Part shown: positions 11,168 through 22,293 of the stretch, in pieces | How the letters are laid out: every line of letters starts with the position of its first letter | Position numbering within the stretch: the first letter of the stretch is position 1 | Assembly: GCF_006345805.1 (NCBI RefSeq) | Contig: NC_043000.1 | Location: forward strand, 98,146,001 to 98,210,000 | Direction: 5' to 3' | Source: Octopus sinensis | Taxonomy: Eukaryota | DNA: 64,000 nucleotides | The notes under the pieces: generated by a model | What the model was told of the DNA's origin: nothing | The model's input: only the letters and a program-made list of their open reading frames with translations | Database searches by the model: none | Program-made: the position numbers and the translations under genes

Positions 11168-14100
11168 TATATATATATATATATACAACAGGCTTCTTTC
11201 AGTTTTTGTCAATCAAATCCACTCACAAGGCTTTAACCTGCCTGTGGCTATAGTAGAAGACATTTGCCCAAAGCGTCACACAGTAGAACTGAACCCAAGG
11301 TCACATGGTTGGGAAGCATGCTTCTTAACCACACAGCTACACCTGCACCTGATATATGTTTTTATAAAATAATGATTCAGCAAAAGTTACTATAACAGTA
11401 CAAGTATGTTTTAATGGCCACAAAGGCTACAAACTGCTTCACTGTCAATATGATTTCAGATCAATTTACTTGCCAAACTGTACAGCTTACACACACACAC
11501 ACACATACACAGTGGGAGAGTTCAGATGCAGTGATTAAAAAAAAGAAGTATGTTTGTACTTAGTGTTTAATCAAGATTTCTATCAAGACAACATGGTTTT
11601 GAAATGTTAGTATCATAAACCATGAGAGTTCATTCTCCTTTGAGTTGTAGAATTAGTCTTAGTAACCTTGCAGATGTTGAAGATCAAGCATCTTCAGAAT
11701 TGTAAAAGAAGACTACTTTGTAGAGAGTTCTTGTTATCAGACATTACATTTATTATTTGCTAATTGCAGTATTGAGCTGTGTTTGTTCCATAACACTTAT
11801 TAACAGACAAAGTGAATGGGCTGTCATGGATTAAGTATGTTGTGTACATTGTGCAGTGTCAGTGGAGAATTAAGGGTCATTGACCCTCAGAATAGCAGTC
11901 AGATCGATGCTCTATCAGTCTATTTATCTGCATGTAGCATAGTGGTTAGGATATTTGGCTTCTGATCATAGAGTCGTGAGATTGATTTCTGCTAGTGTGT
12001 CATATCATTTAGCAAGACACTTTATTTCACGTTGCTCCAGTCCACTCAGCTGGCAAAAATGAGTCATACCTGTAGTTCAAAGGGCCAGCCTTGTCACATT
12101 GTCATGCTGAATCTACCTGAGAACTATGTTAAGGGCATGCATGTCTATGGAGTGCTCAGCCACTTGCACAATAATTTTACAAGCAAGCTGTTCCATTGAT
12201 CAGATCAACTGGAATACTCATCCAGACAATTAACCTCATCATTGTAAAAGAGTGCCAGTTTTTTTTATTAATCTATATCTAGAATAATGCAATAAACCTA
12301 AATCTTCAGATGTATTTTTTAAAATATCACTAATGTCAAACTATGGATACAATTAAAGTTATAATTTTCCAGACAATTAACCTTTATATTTACAGAGTTT
12401 ATTTACATCAATGTTGCTTCAATCACTTAAATCTCTGGCTTCAGATGTATTTTTGTTACCTAATTCAAGACTGGATTTTCACTAGGAACCTTTCTTTCTA
12501 AACTAAAGTCAGTAATGTCCTTATCAAAAAAATTCATAATTTACCAATAAAAGTTTCTAGTTTAAATCCAGGCAAGAACTCTGTACAGATCCAAGAATAA
12601 GATATCTGATGATAATTGACGTGCAAAGTGATCAAAGCACAAAATATATATCGAAATGTATTCTGAAGATGAAGTTGATACAAGTTATAATCTTATTGAT
12701 AGAGCAAGCTTTCTTAATAAAATGGTCATACTGGACAGTGTAATCTTAGAAAAACAAACAAGAAAAAGCAATGGCTATGGTTGGAACACATTTGATCATA
12801 CATCTGCTTGCTTAGGGCTTATCTAGGGTTAATCACCAACAATCTAATATGAAGGTGTATTGGGCACTTATATTTTCTGTCCTATAAAATAAAGCTATTC
12901 ACAAGTGTTTATGCCATTACATTCTCTCTCTTTCATATACACATTTGAAAGTATAGGTATCAACATAAAACCACTCTCAAAGGACTTAAGATGGAGTTAG
13001 AGTTCATTATGTAATAAATTAAAATAAATGTGATTTACCGTAGATAGCAATATATTTTATTCTATGAACTTTTCAAATGAATTTATTTGAAAAGCTTGAA
13101 TAAAATGAAACCTGACCATTTTTAATGAATCACATTTATTTTAGTATGATATATATCATCATTTAATGTTCAATTTTGATGCTGGTATGAATTGGAAGAT
13201 TTGATAGGTGTTGCTGAGTCCCAGGACTGCATCAGCTTGGCATGCTTTCTACTGATGGATGTCCTTCCTAATGACAACCACTTTACTGTGTGTGCTAGAT
13301 GCTTTTTTTTTTGGTGCCACTAGCACTAGGAAGGTTGCCAAATAACTTGCAAGCCAAGAAAAGAATAGGAAAAAGGATAAAAGTCCCTTTGACAAGTAGT
13401 GGTGGTGATGACAAGTATTTGAGAGTGGGGGTAGGCCAGTAGATTTATGCCAGGTGTTGAGAGGCTAAAGTATGACAGAAGGACAAGCATAGGTGTCTTA
13501 TAGAGATGAAACAAGGTTACCCTGCATTTTATAAGAGTGGACAAGAGTAGCTGGAAAGAAGGTAGAGATAGTGGTAATGAGATGTCAAACTATCTCAACA
13601 TATATTTATACATGCACACAAACACATGCATATAAAATACACCACACATGCACACATCTATGGATAATTATATAGTTTTTATCTTGATCTTTATTACATT
13701 TCAATTTCTTCAACTTTATTAACATGTAGGTTAAGTGAAGTATCAGAAGGCACTCTATATTGCAAGAGTTACTGAGGAGAGAGAAAAAAACCCAAAATTT
13801 TACCTGAGCTTGAGAGGACAACATTGAGTTAAAATGGCGTTGATACATCAAATATCTCAACAATATGTTTTAGTTTTACTGAAAGTTTTGAGGCAGTCAA
13901 TACCTTTCATTTGCAATGTTTTGTTCATAATTTAGCATTAATAACAGAAAAAAAATCTCTTTGTTTCTTATGCAATTAGACCCTGATAAAAAAATTAATA
14001 TAAATTATTTCCAGCCATGTAGCATGAACAAATTGTGTTCTCATTGAAAATAAAATGCTAATAATAATAATAATAATAATGATAATTCCTTTTTTCTATA

Positions 14101-14499
14101 GGCATTTGGTGGTGGTGGTGGTGGGAACAGGATTAGTTGATTACATCTCATACTTATTTTATTGACCCTCCATTACATCACACACTTATTTTGCTGATCC
14201 TCAAAAGGATGAAAGACAAAGTTGGCTGTGGCAGAATAAACCTTTCTACTATAGACACAAAGTTTGAAATTCTGAGTGCTCAACTGATACTTATTTCACA
14301 GACACTGAAAAGATGAAAGGCAAAGTTAACTGTGGCAGAACTAGAACTCAGGACATAAAATTGGAAGAAATGCTGCCAAGCATTTTGTCTGGCATGCTAA
14401 TGATTTTGCCAGCTTGCTGCCTTTAATCCTTTAGCATTTAAACCGGCCATAGCTGGTCAAATATTCTACATGTTTTACATTCAAACTGGCCATATCTAG

Positions 14500-14990
14500 C
14501 CTTGCAAAGACCTGTTGAGGCAAGTGAAATTGAAATCAAATTCGATGACTGGCATCCGTGCTAGTGGAGCGCTAAGAGCAGCATACAAGTGTGATCGTTG
14601 CCAGAGCAGCTAACTGGCTTCCATGCTGGTGGTACGTAAAAATCACCATTTGAGCGTGATTGTTACCAGCATCGCCTTACTGGCACGTTAAAAAACATTC
14701 GAGCGAGGTTGTTGCCAGTGCTGCTGGACTGGCTCCTGTGCAGGTGACATGTAAAAAACACCATTTGAGTGTGGCCATTGCCAGTACCGCCAGACTGGCC
14801 CTCGTATCGGTGGTAGGTAAAAGCACCCACTACACTCTTGGAGTGGTCACCATTAGGAAGGGCATCCAACTGTAGATAATCTGCCAGATCAGATTGGAGC
14901 CTGGTGCAGCCATCTGGTTCGCCAGTCCTCAGTCAAATCGTCAAACCCATACTAGCATGGAAAGCGGACGTTAAACGATGATGATAATGA
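14500..14990 (+). mobile_element. Second copy of the tandem-unit retroposon family (as 10617-11167)
   Basis: Same 5' start AGACCTGTTGAGGCAAGTGAAAT and same 3' tail. Confidence 0.75.
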
Positions 14991-16017
14991 TCATCATCAT
15001 CAAAACCTCAAAGCAATAAGATAATGCATGATTAATTCAACACAATCACTAATAAAAGAGCTTTATATTTAACAGAGTAATCTGAATGCTAAAGGGGCAA
15101 TGCTAATATTATAGTAATATTTCTAAAATAGACATTCTAACAATACCTGAAATTTAGGTAGAGGAGCTAGTTGACTGAAGCAACCTCAATGTTTGACCGG
15201 TATCTTATTTTAGTCACCCAAGAAGGATGAAAGGCAAATAGGATTTGAACCCAGAATGTAAAGAGCTGGAACAAATATAAATTCACCATTTCTAACATAA
15301 GTACAAGGCCTGAAAGTGGATGGAAGGATAGAGGGGAGCTGTTGATTATATGGGGCCCAGCACTTGAGGGATACTCATTTCTTCGACACTAGAAGGATGA
15401 AAAATAAAGACGGTCCCACAAAGATTTGAATGCATAGTACAAAGAGATGTATATATGCAAAGCAATTACATTCAGAGCTTTAATGGTCCTCTTTCTCATT
15501 GCTCTCAATGACAAAGGCAGTCATTTTAAAGGGAGGAGATTGGTCAAATACATTGACACCCCATCCCCCCAGTGCTCAATTGGTACTTTATTTTGTTGAC
15601 TGTAGTATTTGAAATCAGGATCTAAAGTGCTGGAATAAATGCCACTAAACATCTTGTCAGACATGCTAACGATTCTGCCAGCTTGCAATAATAATAATAA
15701 TAATCCTTTCTACTATAGGCACAAGGCCTGAAATCTTTTTGGGAGTGGGGGTTAGTTGATTACATCAACCCCCATATGCAACTGGTGCTTAGTACTTATT
15801 TTATTGACCCTGAAAGAATGAAAGGCAAAGTCACCAAAGCAGAATTTGAACATAGAACACAAGGATGGATGGAATGCTAAGCGTTTTTGCCCAGCATGCT
15901 AATGGTTCTGTTAGTTTGCCACCTTAGTTGTAGTAGTAGTAGTAATAATGGTGGCATTAAATTTTGCCACAAGGGCAGCAATTTTGGGGGAAGGGATGTA
16001 TCGATTACATCAACCCC

Positions 16018-16312
16018 AGTTCTATATTTAAGAGATGAGGAATTATGTACATTATTTACAGTTGACAGATATTTGACGGGCATATGGTGTGGTGGTTAAG
16101 AGTGCAGGCTACTAACCCCAAGATCCCAAGTTCGATTCCAGGCAGTAACCTGAATAGTAATAATAACATCAAAAAATACCTTAGGAATGAGAACCCAGGT
16201 TCGAAATTTTCCCAAGACACCTGATGAAGGCTGGAGGGTATATCAGCCAAAACGTTGTGTTAACAACAAACAAGATGAAAACAAATATCCATCAATTGTA
16301 AATAATGTATAT
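16018..16312 (+). mobile_element. Composite element: inverted terminus + tRNA-derived head + hammerhead-bearing (Penelope-like) 3' module
   Basis: Inverted repeat 16045-16075 / 16282-16312 (27/31 matches); A-box-like TGGTGTGGTGG 16086-16096, B-box GTTCGATTCC 16130-16139; hammerhead motif 16216-16261; interrupts an OK-like SINE. Confidence 0.65.
16216..16261 (+). ncRNA. Minimal type I hammerhead ribozyme-like motif (GAAA mutated to AAAA)
   Basis: GACAC-CTGATGA-A-GGCTG(GAGGGTATAT)CAGCC-AAAA-CGTT-GTGTT: stem I, core, stem II and palindromic stem III all present. Confidence 0.75.
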
Positions 16313-16699
16313 CAACTCCTGTGTTCAACTGGTATTTATTTTATCAACCCTGGAAAGGCAAAGTTGACCTTGGCATAAGTTGAACTCAGATCGTAGTGAT
16401 GGGCGAAATGCTGCTAAGTGTTCTGCCAGCTCACTGCCTTAATAAGAACAACAACAACAATAATGATGATAATCATTCTTTCTTTCTACAATAAACACAT
16501 GGTTTGAAGTTTTGGGGGTGGGGTCTAGTTGATAACATTGACCCAAGTGCTCAACTGGTACTTATTTTATTAACCCTGAAAGGCAAAAGCTGACTTGATG
16601 GAAATTGAATACAGAACATAAAGCCAGAAGAAATGCCACAAAGCATTTTGTCTGGCTTGCTAATGATTCTGCCGGCTCACCTTAATAATAATAATAAGC

Positions 16700-17228
16700 T
16701 TTGAAAGCTGGAAACACATGATACAATCATCGAGTTGAAAGAGTACTGGAGTTGGAAAAATGTAAGATTTTGTAGGACTTTCCTATTCAAATCGGCAAGA
16801 AGTTAGAAAATAATAGACTGGACATAGTGATTATAGATAAGGAAAAGTGAAGTTGCTTACTAATCAACCCATCATACCTGTTTGATTCCAGCATTGAAAA
16901 GGAAGAAGATGCAAAATAAAAAAAAAAAAAATACAATTCCTTAAAATTTGAAAGAGGAATAAGTTAGAATATGAAAACTGTAAAGGTTGGGAATAATAAG
17001 CCAAGATATATACAAATGGCTGAAGGAGATTGAAATAGAATGCCCTGTAGAGCTCCTACAGAAAGTTTGTCTCTTAGGGAGAGCAAGGATCATCAGGAAG
17101 GTTCTAAGCATTTGGAAGACTACTGAAAACTTGTGGATAACAGGGGTATAGGCAGTAACCTACTACCCACATAAGTCCTACTAAAAATAAGACCGAACCC
17201 GAGTCAAACCAAATGATAATAATAATAG
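16700..17228 (+). mobile_element. R4/Dong-like non-LTR retrotransposon 3' fragment (restriction-like endonuclease), in (TAA)n
   Basis: IL*DFPIQIGKKLENNRLDIVIIDKEK*SCLLINPSYLFD matches the RLE motif ILWDFxIQTDxxxxHNRPDI..LIDxxCPxD; later LLQKVCLLGRARIIRKVL; (TAA)n on both sides. Confidence 0.75.
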
Positions 17229-20129
17229 TTTGTAATAGGGATACGAGACTTTAAATTTCTTTTGGAGAGAGTAGTACTAAAAATGATGTAAGAAACAACT
17301 GATTATATTGACCTTGGTACTTCACTGGTATTTATTTCATCCACACTGCCCAGAAGGGGTTTTTGAAAGACAAAAATTAACCTGAGCAGGATTCAAACTT
17401 TGAGCATAAAGAGCTGTAACTAAATATTGCAAGGTGCTTTGTTTGTCAATCTACTGATTCTACCAATCTTCCATTAACAATAATGATTTCAAATTTTGGC
17501 ACAAGGCCAGAAATTTTAGTGGTGGGAGCAAGCAGATAACATCAACTCCAGTGCTTAACTGGTACTTATTTTATCAACACTAGAGGAGTGAAAGGCAAAG
17601 CTGACCGTGGCGAGATTTGGCGAGAATAGAAAGGACTTTAAAAAATAATGGAAAGCAGTTTACCTGACACTAAGGATTCTGACAGTTTGCCGTCTTCCAC
17701 TACAACTAATGCTAACAGTTTCTTAGGTGCAAAGCTAGCAAATTTGATGGGGGAATGGTTTAGTCAAATATATTAAAACCAGCATCTGAGTGGTACTAAT
17801 TTTATTGATGATGGAAGGCAAAGCTGGCCTTAGTGGCACTTGAACATAAAATGTAAAGAGACTCAACTAATACAGCAAGTCATTTTGTCCAAAACTAAGC
17901 TCTAATAGTAAAACTTTCTTATATAAGCTCCCGTACTCACTGATACCTTATTTTATCAACCTTAGAAGAAAAATTTAAATACCAGACAACAATAAATAAT
18001 AAACATAAGCAGATAATATAAACTGATTACAGTAATGATGGCCACTTCACACATTAGACCTCATACATAGAATAATAGCTGCACATATAAAGCAGAAATA
18101 TTATAAAGTAAACTTTTGTGAAAAAAAAAAAAAGAAAATTTTTTAGAAGATTGAGTTTATTGAAGAAAAAATATTAAAAAATACCAGCAAAGTCTTATGT
18201 TTGGTTTCCATATAAGGAGTTGCAATATAGGAAGTACAGCTAGTATGCATTCTAAGTCTTGGAGGGAAATAATTTATTAGGATGATGAAATAAGTTGGAA
18301 AAAAAATTAGCATTATCAGAACAGTAGTGTCAGGATTTTGTGACATTGCTTTGCTGGGTGGTTGGAGGTGTCTGTTTTATAAGCAGCTTCTTGTCACAAG
18401 TCCAAATTGTTTTGCAAGGAACAAGTCAAGCCAAAAAGACTGACTTCAATATATGGGTTATATCAGGGTAGTGAGCTGGTAGAATAGTTAGCACGCTGGA
18501 CAAAATACTTAGCAGCATTTCTTCTAGCTTTAGCTTCCGAGTTCAAATTCCACTGAGGCTCACTTTGCTTTTCATCCTTTTGGAGTTGATAAAATAAATT
18601 ACCAGCTGAGCAGGATTGGATTCATCAAAATAATTAAATACTGCAAAGCGTATGATCTGGTGTGCCATCATTTTACCTTATTTACAGCCCTCCCATAATA
18701 TTAACTGCTTTTAAAATAGGCATAAGGCCAGGAAATTATGAGAGAGGTTAGCTGATTAAACTAACCTGATACTCTGATGGTATTTTATTTTACCAACTCT
18801 GGAGAGATGAAAGGTAGAGTTGATCTTCACAGGATATGAATTCAGAATGTAAAGAGCTGAAAGAAGTAGTTTTAATCATTTTTATGATGCTCAAACAATT
18901 CTGCCAATCCAATGACATTATTAATAATTTTGGCACAAGGCCAGGATTTTGAAGGGAGGTGTTTGTTAATAATAAATATAATTTCATTTATATAATATAA
19001 GGCAGCATGTTGGGCAAAATGCTTAGTGGCACTTTGTCCATTTTTATGTTCTGAGTTCAAATTCTGCTGGGCCTGACTTTGTTTTCATCCTTTCAGGGAC
19101 AATAAATTAAGTACCAGTTGAATAATGAGGTCAATGTAACTGACTTACCCCTTCCCCGTAATTGCTGGCTTTGTGCCAAAATTTGAAACAAATAATATTT
19201 GTATTATTACACTGATAGTGATAATAAATATAATAATGGTTTTTAATTTAGGCACAAGGTCAGTGGTTTTGGAATGAGGAGGACTAGTCAGTAATAGTGA
19301 ATCTAGCACTAGGATGAATGGCTAAGTTGACCTCGGCAGGATTTGCACTTAGAATGTAAGACATGGAAGAAATATATACCATAAGGCATTTTTTTCTAAA
19401 GCTCTAATGATTCTGTCAATCCACATAAATTCCAATGAGTAGAATAGATGATAAAAATCAACCTCAGCAGGATTGAACTCAGAATGTATGCTGCAAGATA
19501 TTTTGTCTAACATTCTAATCCTTCTGCCATTGTTCCACAAAACATTTTCAATATTGTAGTTAATAGACACAAGGCAATGTAACAGAAAGAAGAAATATAT
19601 AAGAAACAGACCAATGCAGTAGAAGGGCTCTGAGTGAATTCCCCACTAAATTATAGAAAAATATCACATTGATGGAATACAGAAAAAAAAAAAAAACATC
19701 ACAGGAATCACTGCCTTCTTTAAGAATATAAAATTTATTTATTCCAGCACATATGTGCAAAATGTAACAGATGTAGATACATACACACACACGCTATACA
19801 AGAGTCATTGTAATGTTTCATAGAAAAGCAGATATTGAATAGATTACAATGATGATCACCACCACCCATCAGTTCACATAAAATAATTGACATCCACATC
19901 CATGTATACTCTTCTTTGTTCTACTCTTTTACTTCTTTCAGTCATTTGACTGCACCCATGCTGGAGCATTGCCTTTAGTTGAACAAATCAACCCTAGGAC
20001 TTATTTTTTGTAAGCCTAGTACTTATTCTATCGGCCTCTTTTTGCTGAACCGCTAAGTTACAGGGACATAAACACACCAACATCAGTTGCCAAGCGTTGG
20101 TGGGAGGAAAACACAGACACACAAATATA

Positions 20130-20171
<42 letters not shown>

Positions 20172-20361
20172 ACAGGCTTCTTTCAGTTTCCATCTACCAA
20201 GTCCACTCACAAGGCTTTAGTCAGCTCAAGGCTACAGTAGAAGACTCTTGCCCGAGGTGCCACATAGTGGGACTGAACCCAGAACCATGTGGTTGGGAAG
20301 CAAGCTTCTTACCACATATATTTTTATTTCAATTATTATTTAGAAGAAGCAACAGAGTGAC

Positions 20362-20422
20362 TCAAGGGCCAAGAGTTTTATGTGTTTGGTAAGTGTTAAT
20401 GCATGAAACTTTCCGTCCTTGA
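20362..20422 (+). ncRNA. Degenerate hammerhead-like remnant with non-canonical core
   Basis: TCAAG..GCCAAGA-GTTTT-ATGTGTT(loop)AATGCAT-GAAA-CTTTCCG-TC-CTTGA: stems I and II, GAAA and GUC present, CUGANGA not intact. Confidence 0.35.
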
Positions 20423-21391
20423 CTACCTCTGCTGATTCTGTTAAATATTATTAATATATATTAGTGTGTGTGTGTGTATATACATATATATGTATCTGTG
20501 TGCATACTATATATATATATATATATTCTTTTGTTCTTTTACTTAAGTCATTGGATTGTGGCCATAGCTGGGCACTGCCTTGACAGTTATATCTGATTAA
20601 ACTGATACCAGTTATTTTCCGTGTTATACCTGTTAGTTATTGTAGCGGTTTCTTCTAGCCCAAAGTTACAGCAATGAAAGTAAGCCAACACTGTTTGTCA
20701 AGTGGTGAAAAAAACAAACACAAATACTCATACACACACACACATACATGCACACAAATGCCCAACGGGCACACACAAGCTATCCTGTAGCTTACATTAA
20801 CAAAATCCCATTAAAAGGTATTGGTTGACCTGTAGGTTGAAAGAAGACACTTGCCCAAAGAACTATGCAGTGAGACTGAACCCCAAACCATGTTGATTGT
20901 AAAGTGAACTTCTACCCATATAGCCATGTCTGTATATATAAATATATATAGATACACACACACATCTATATAGTTATTATATATCTGTGGTTATACATCT
21001 GTTATAGTTATATACATCTGTATAGTTATTATACACTTCCATACATGCTCAAACATACACACACACACAGTCCAACAGCAGTAGATGTTCAAGCAGTGAA
21101 GCAAAGTAGTTTAGCATTTGCTATTACAACAAATATTATATACACATAAAAATAATTATGTATATTACATTCTTTTGTCAGAGAACCAAAACATTACATG
21201 TGTGTATGTATATATATATATATATATAAATTGAGATAACATATATCCAATATACTGGGATAACATATATCCAATATACTGCCAGTAAAGCACCCAACAA
21301 AGTTAATACATAAATGTTAAGAATTGCGATGCAATTAATTCATTTATTGTATTATATGGGCGAAGGTAAAATGTTTTACCACAAATTTATA

Positions 21392-21667
21392 ATACAAAAT
21401 AAGAAAATGGAGAAATACACCTTAATCAATAATCAACTACCAGATAATACCCAATCACATAATTTATTAACCCACTACATATGAACATCAAGGTCAAACA
21501 TACATATTGTACTTATTGTATCATATTACTCATTGATGTGCATTGTTTTGTTCTGTACTATTATGTTTGACTTTGATGTTCATATGTAGTGGGTTAATGA
21601 ATTATGTGATTGGGTATTATCTGGTAGTTGATTATTGATTAAGGTGTATTTCTCCATTTTCTTATTT

Positions 21668-21672
<5 letters not shown>
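21392..21672. repeat. Near-perfect inverted repeat, 111-bp arms (21392-21502 / 21562-21672), 59-bp spacer
   Basis: Manual alignment shows only 2 mismatches between the arms; the whole unit lies between (TA)n tracts. Confidence 0.9.
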
Positions 21673-21710
<38 letters not shown>

Positions 21711-22245
21711 CACACACACATAGTATTTACGTTTTTATGCAGATATAAAAAGTGCTCAATGCACACCTGCATGTAGAGTTTGTAACTGTGTGTTGGTAAA
21801 CTGGATTATGTTCTCTCAGACCTAAAGGTTTTGTGTAATTGATGTGCTGTCAGCTGCACCCACCAATAAGTCTCAACACCATCAGGCTTTATGACAAGTA
21901 TGATACTCACCAAGTATGAAGAAATAATCCAGTATGCCAACATGTAATCATATGTGTATGTGTGTGAATAGACATTAATAAGAGGCCACACCAATGGATG
22001 TAAACAATTGCATCAGGTTGTAACAGTTCTCAGACGAAGATTTGCAGCGTGGTGTGAAACTGGATTCACAAGATAAATATTCAGCTTAAATAAACTGTTC
22101 ATTCTAGGAGTATTGCATACTTCTTTGTCATTCATTCAACATACTTATCAACTTTTGAAATACACACACACACACACACACACAACACATATATCTATAT
22201 ATATATTTATGTATCTGTGTGTATATGTACATATATATTTATGTG

Positions 22246-22293
<48 letters not shown>

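Larger units (their letters stand above)
14060..19540 (-). mobile_element. Dense cluster of roughly 15 decayed OK-like SINE copies, mostly minus orientation, separated by (AAT)n tracts
   Basis: Recurrent GGCACAAGGCC..CAACTGGTACTTATTTTAT..GGATGAAAGGCAAAG..GAACTCAGAA..GATTCTGCCAG units; plus-strand copies at ~18468-18610 and ~19000-19190. Confidence 0.8.

Noticed and set aside
22030-22075. CAGACGAAG...GAAAC possible hammerhead remnant (similar weak strings at ~7058-7097, 23083 and 38503)
   Set aside because: Stems cannot be built convincingly; too degenerate to call
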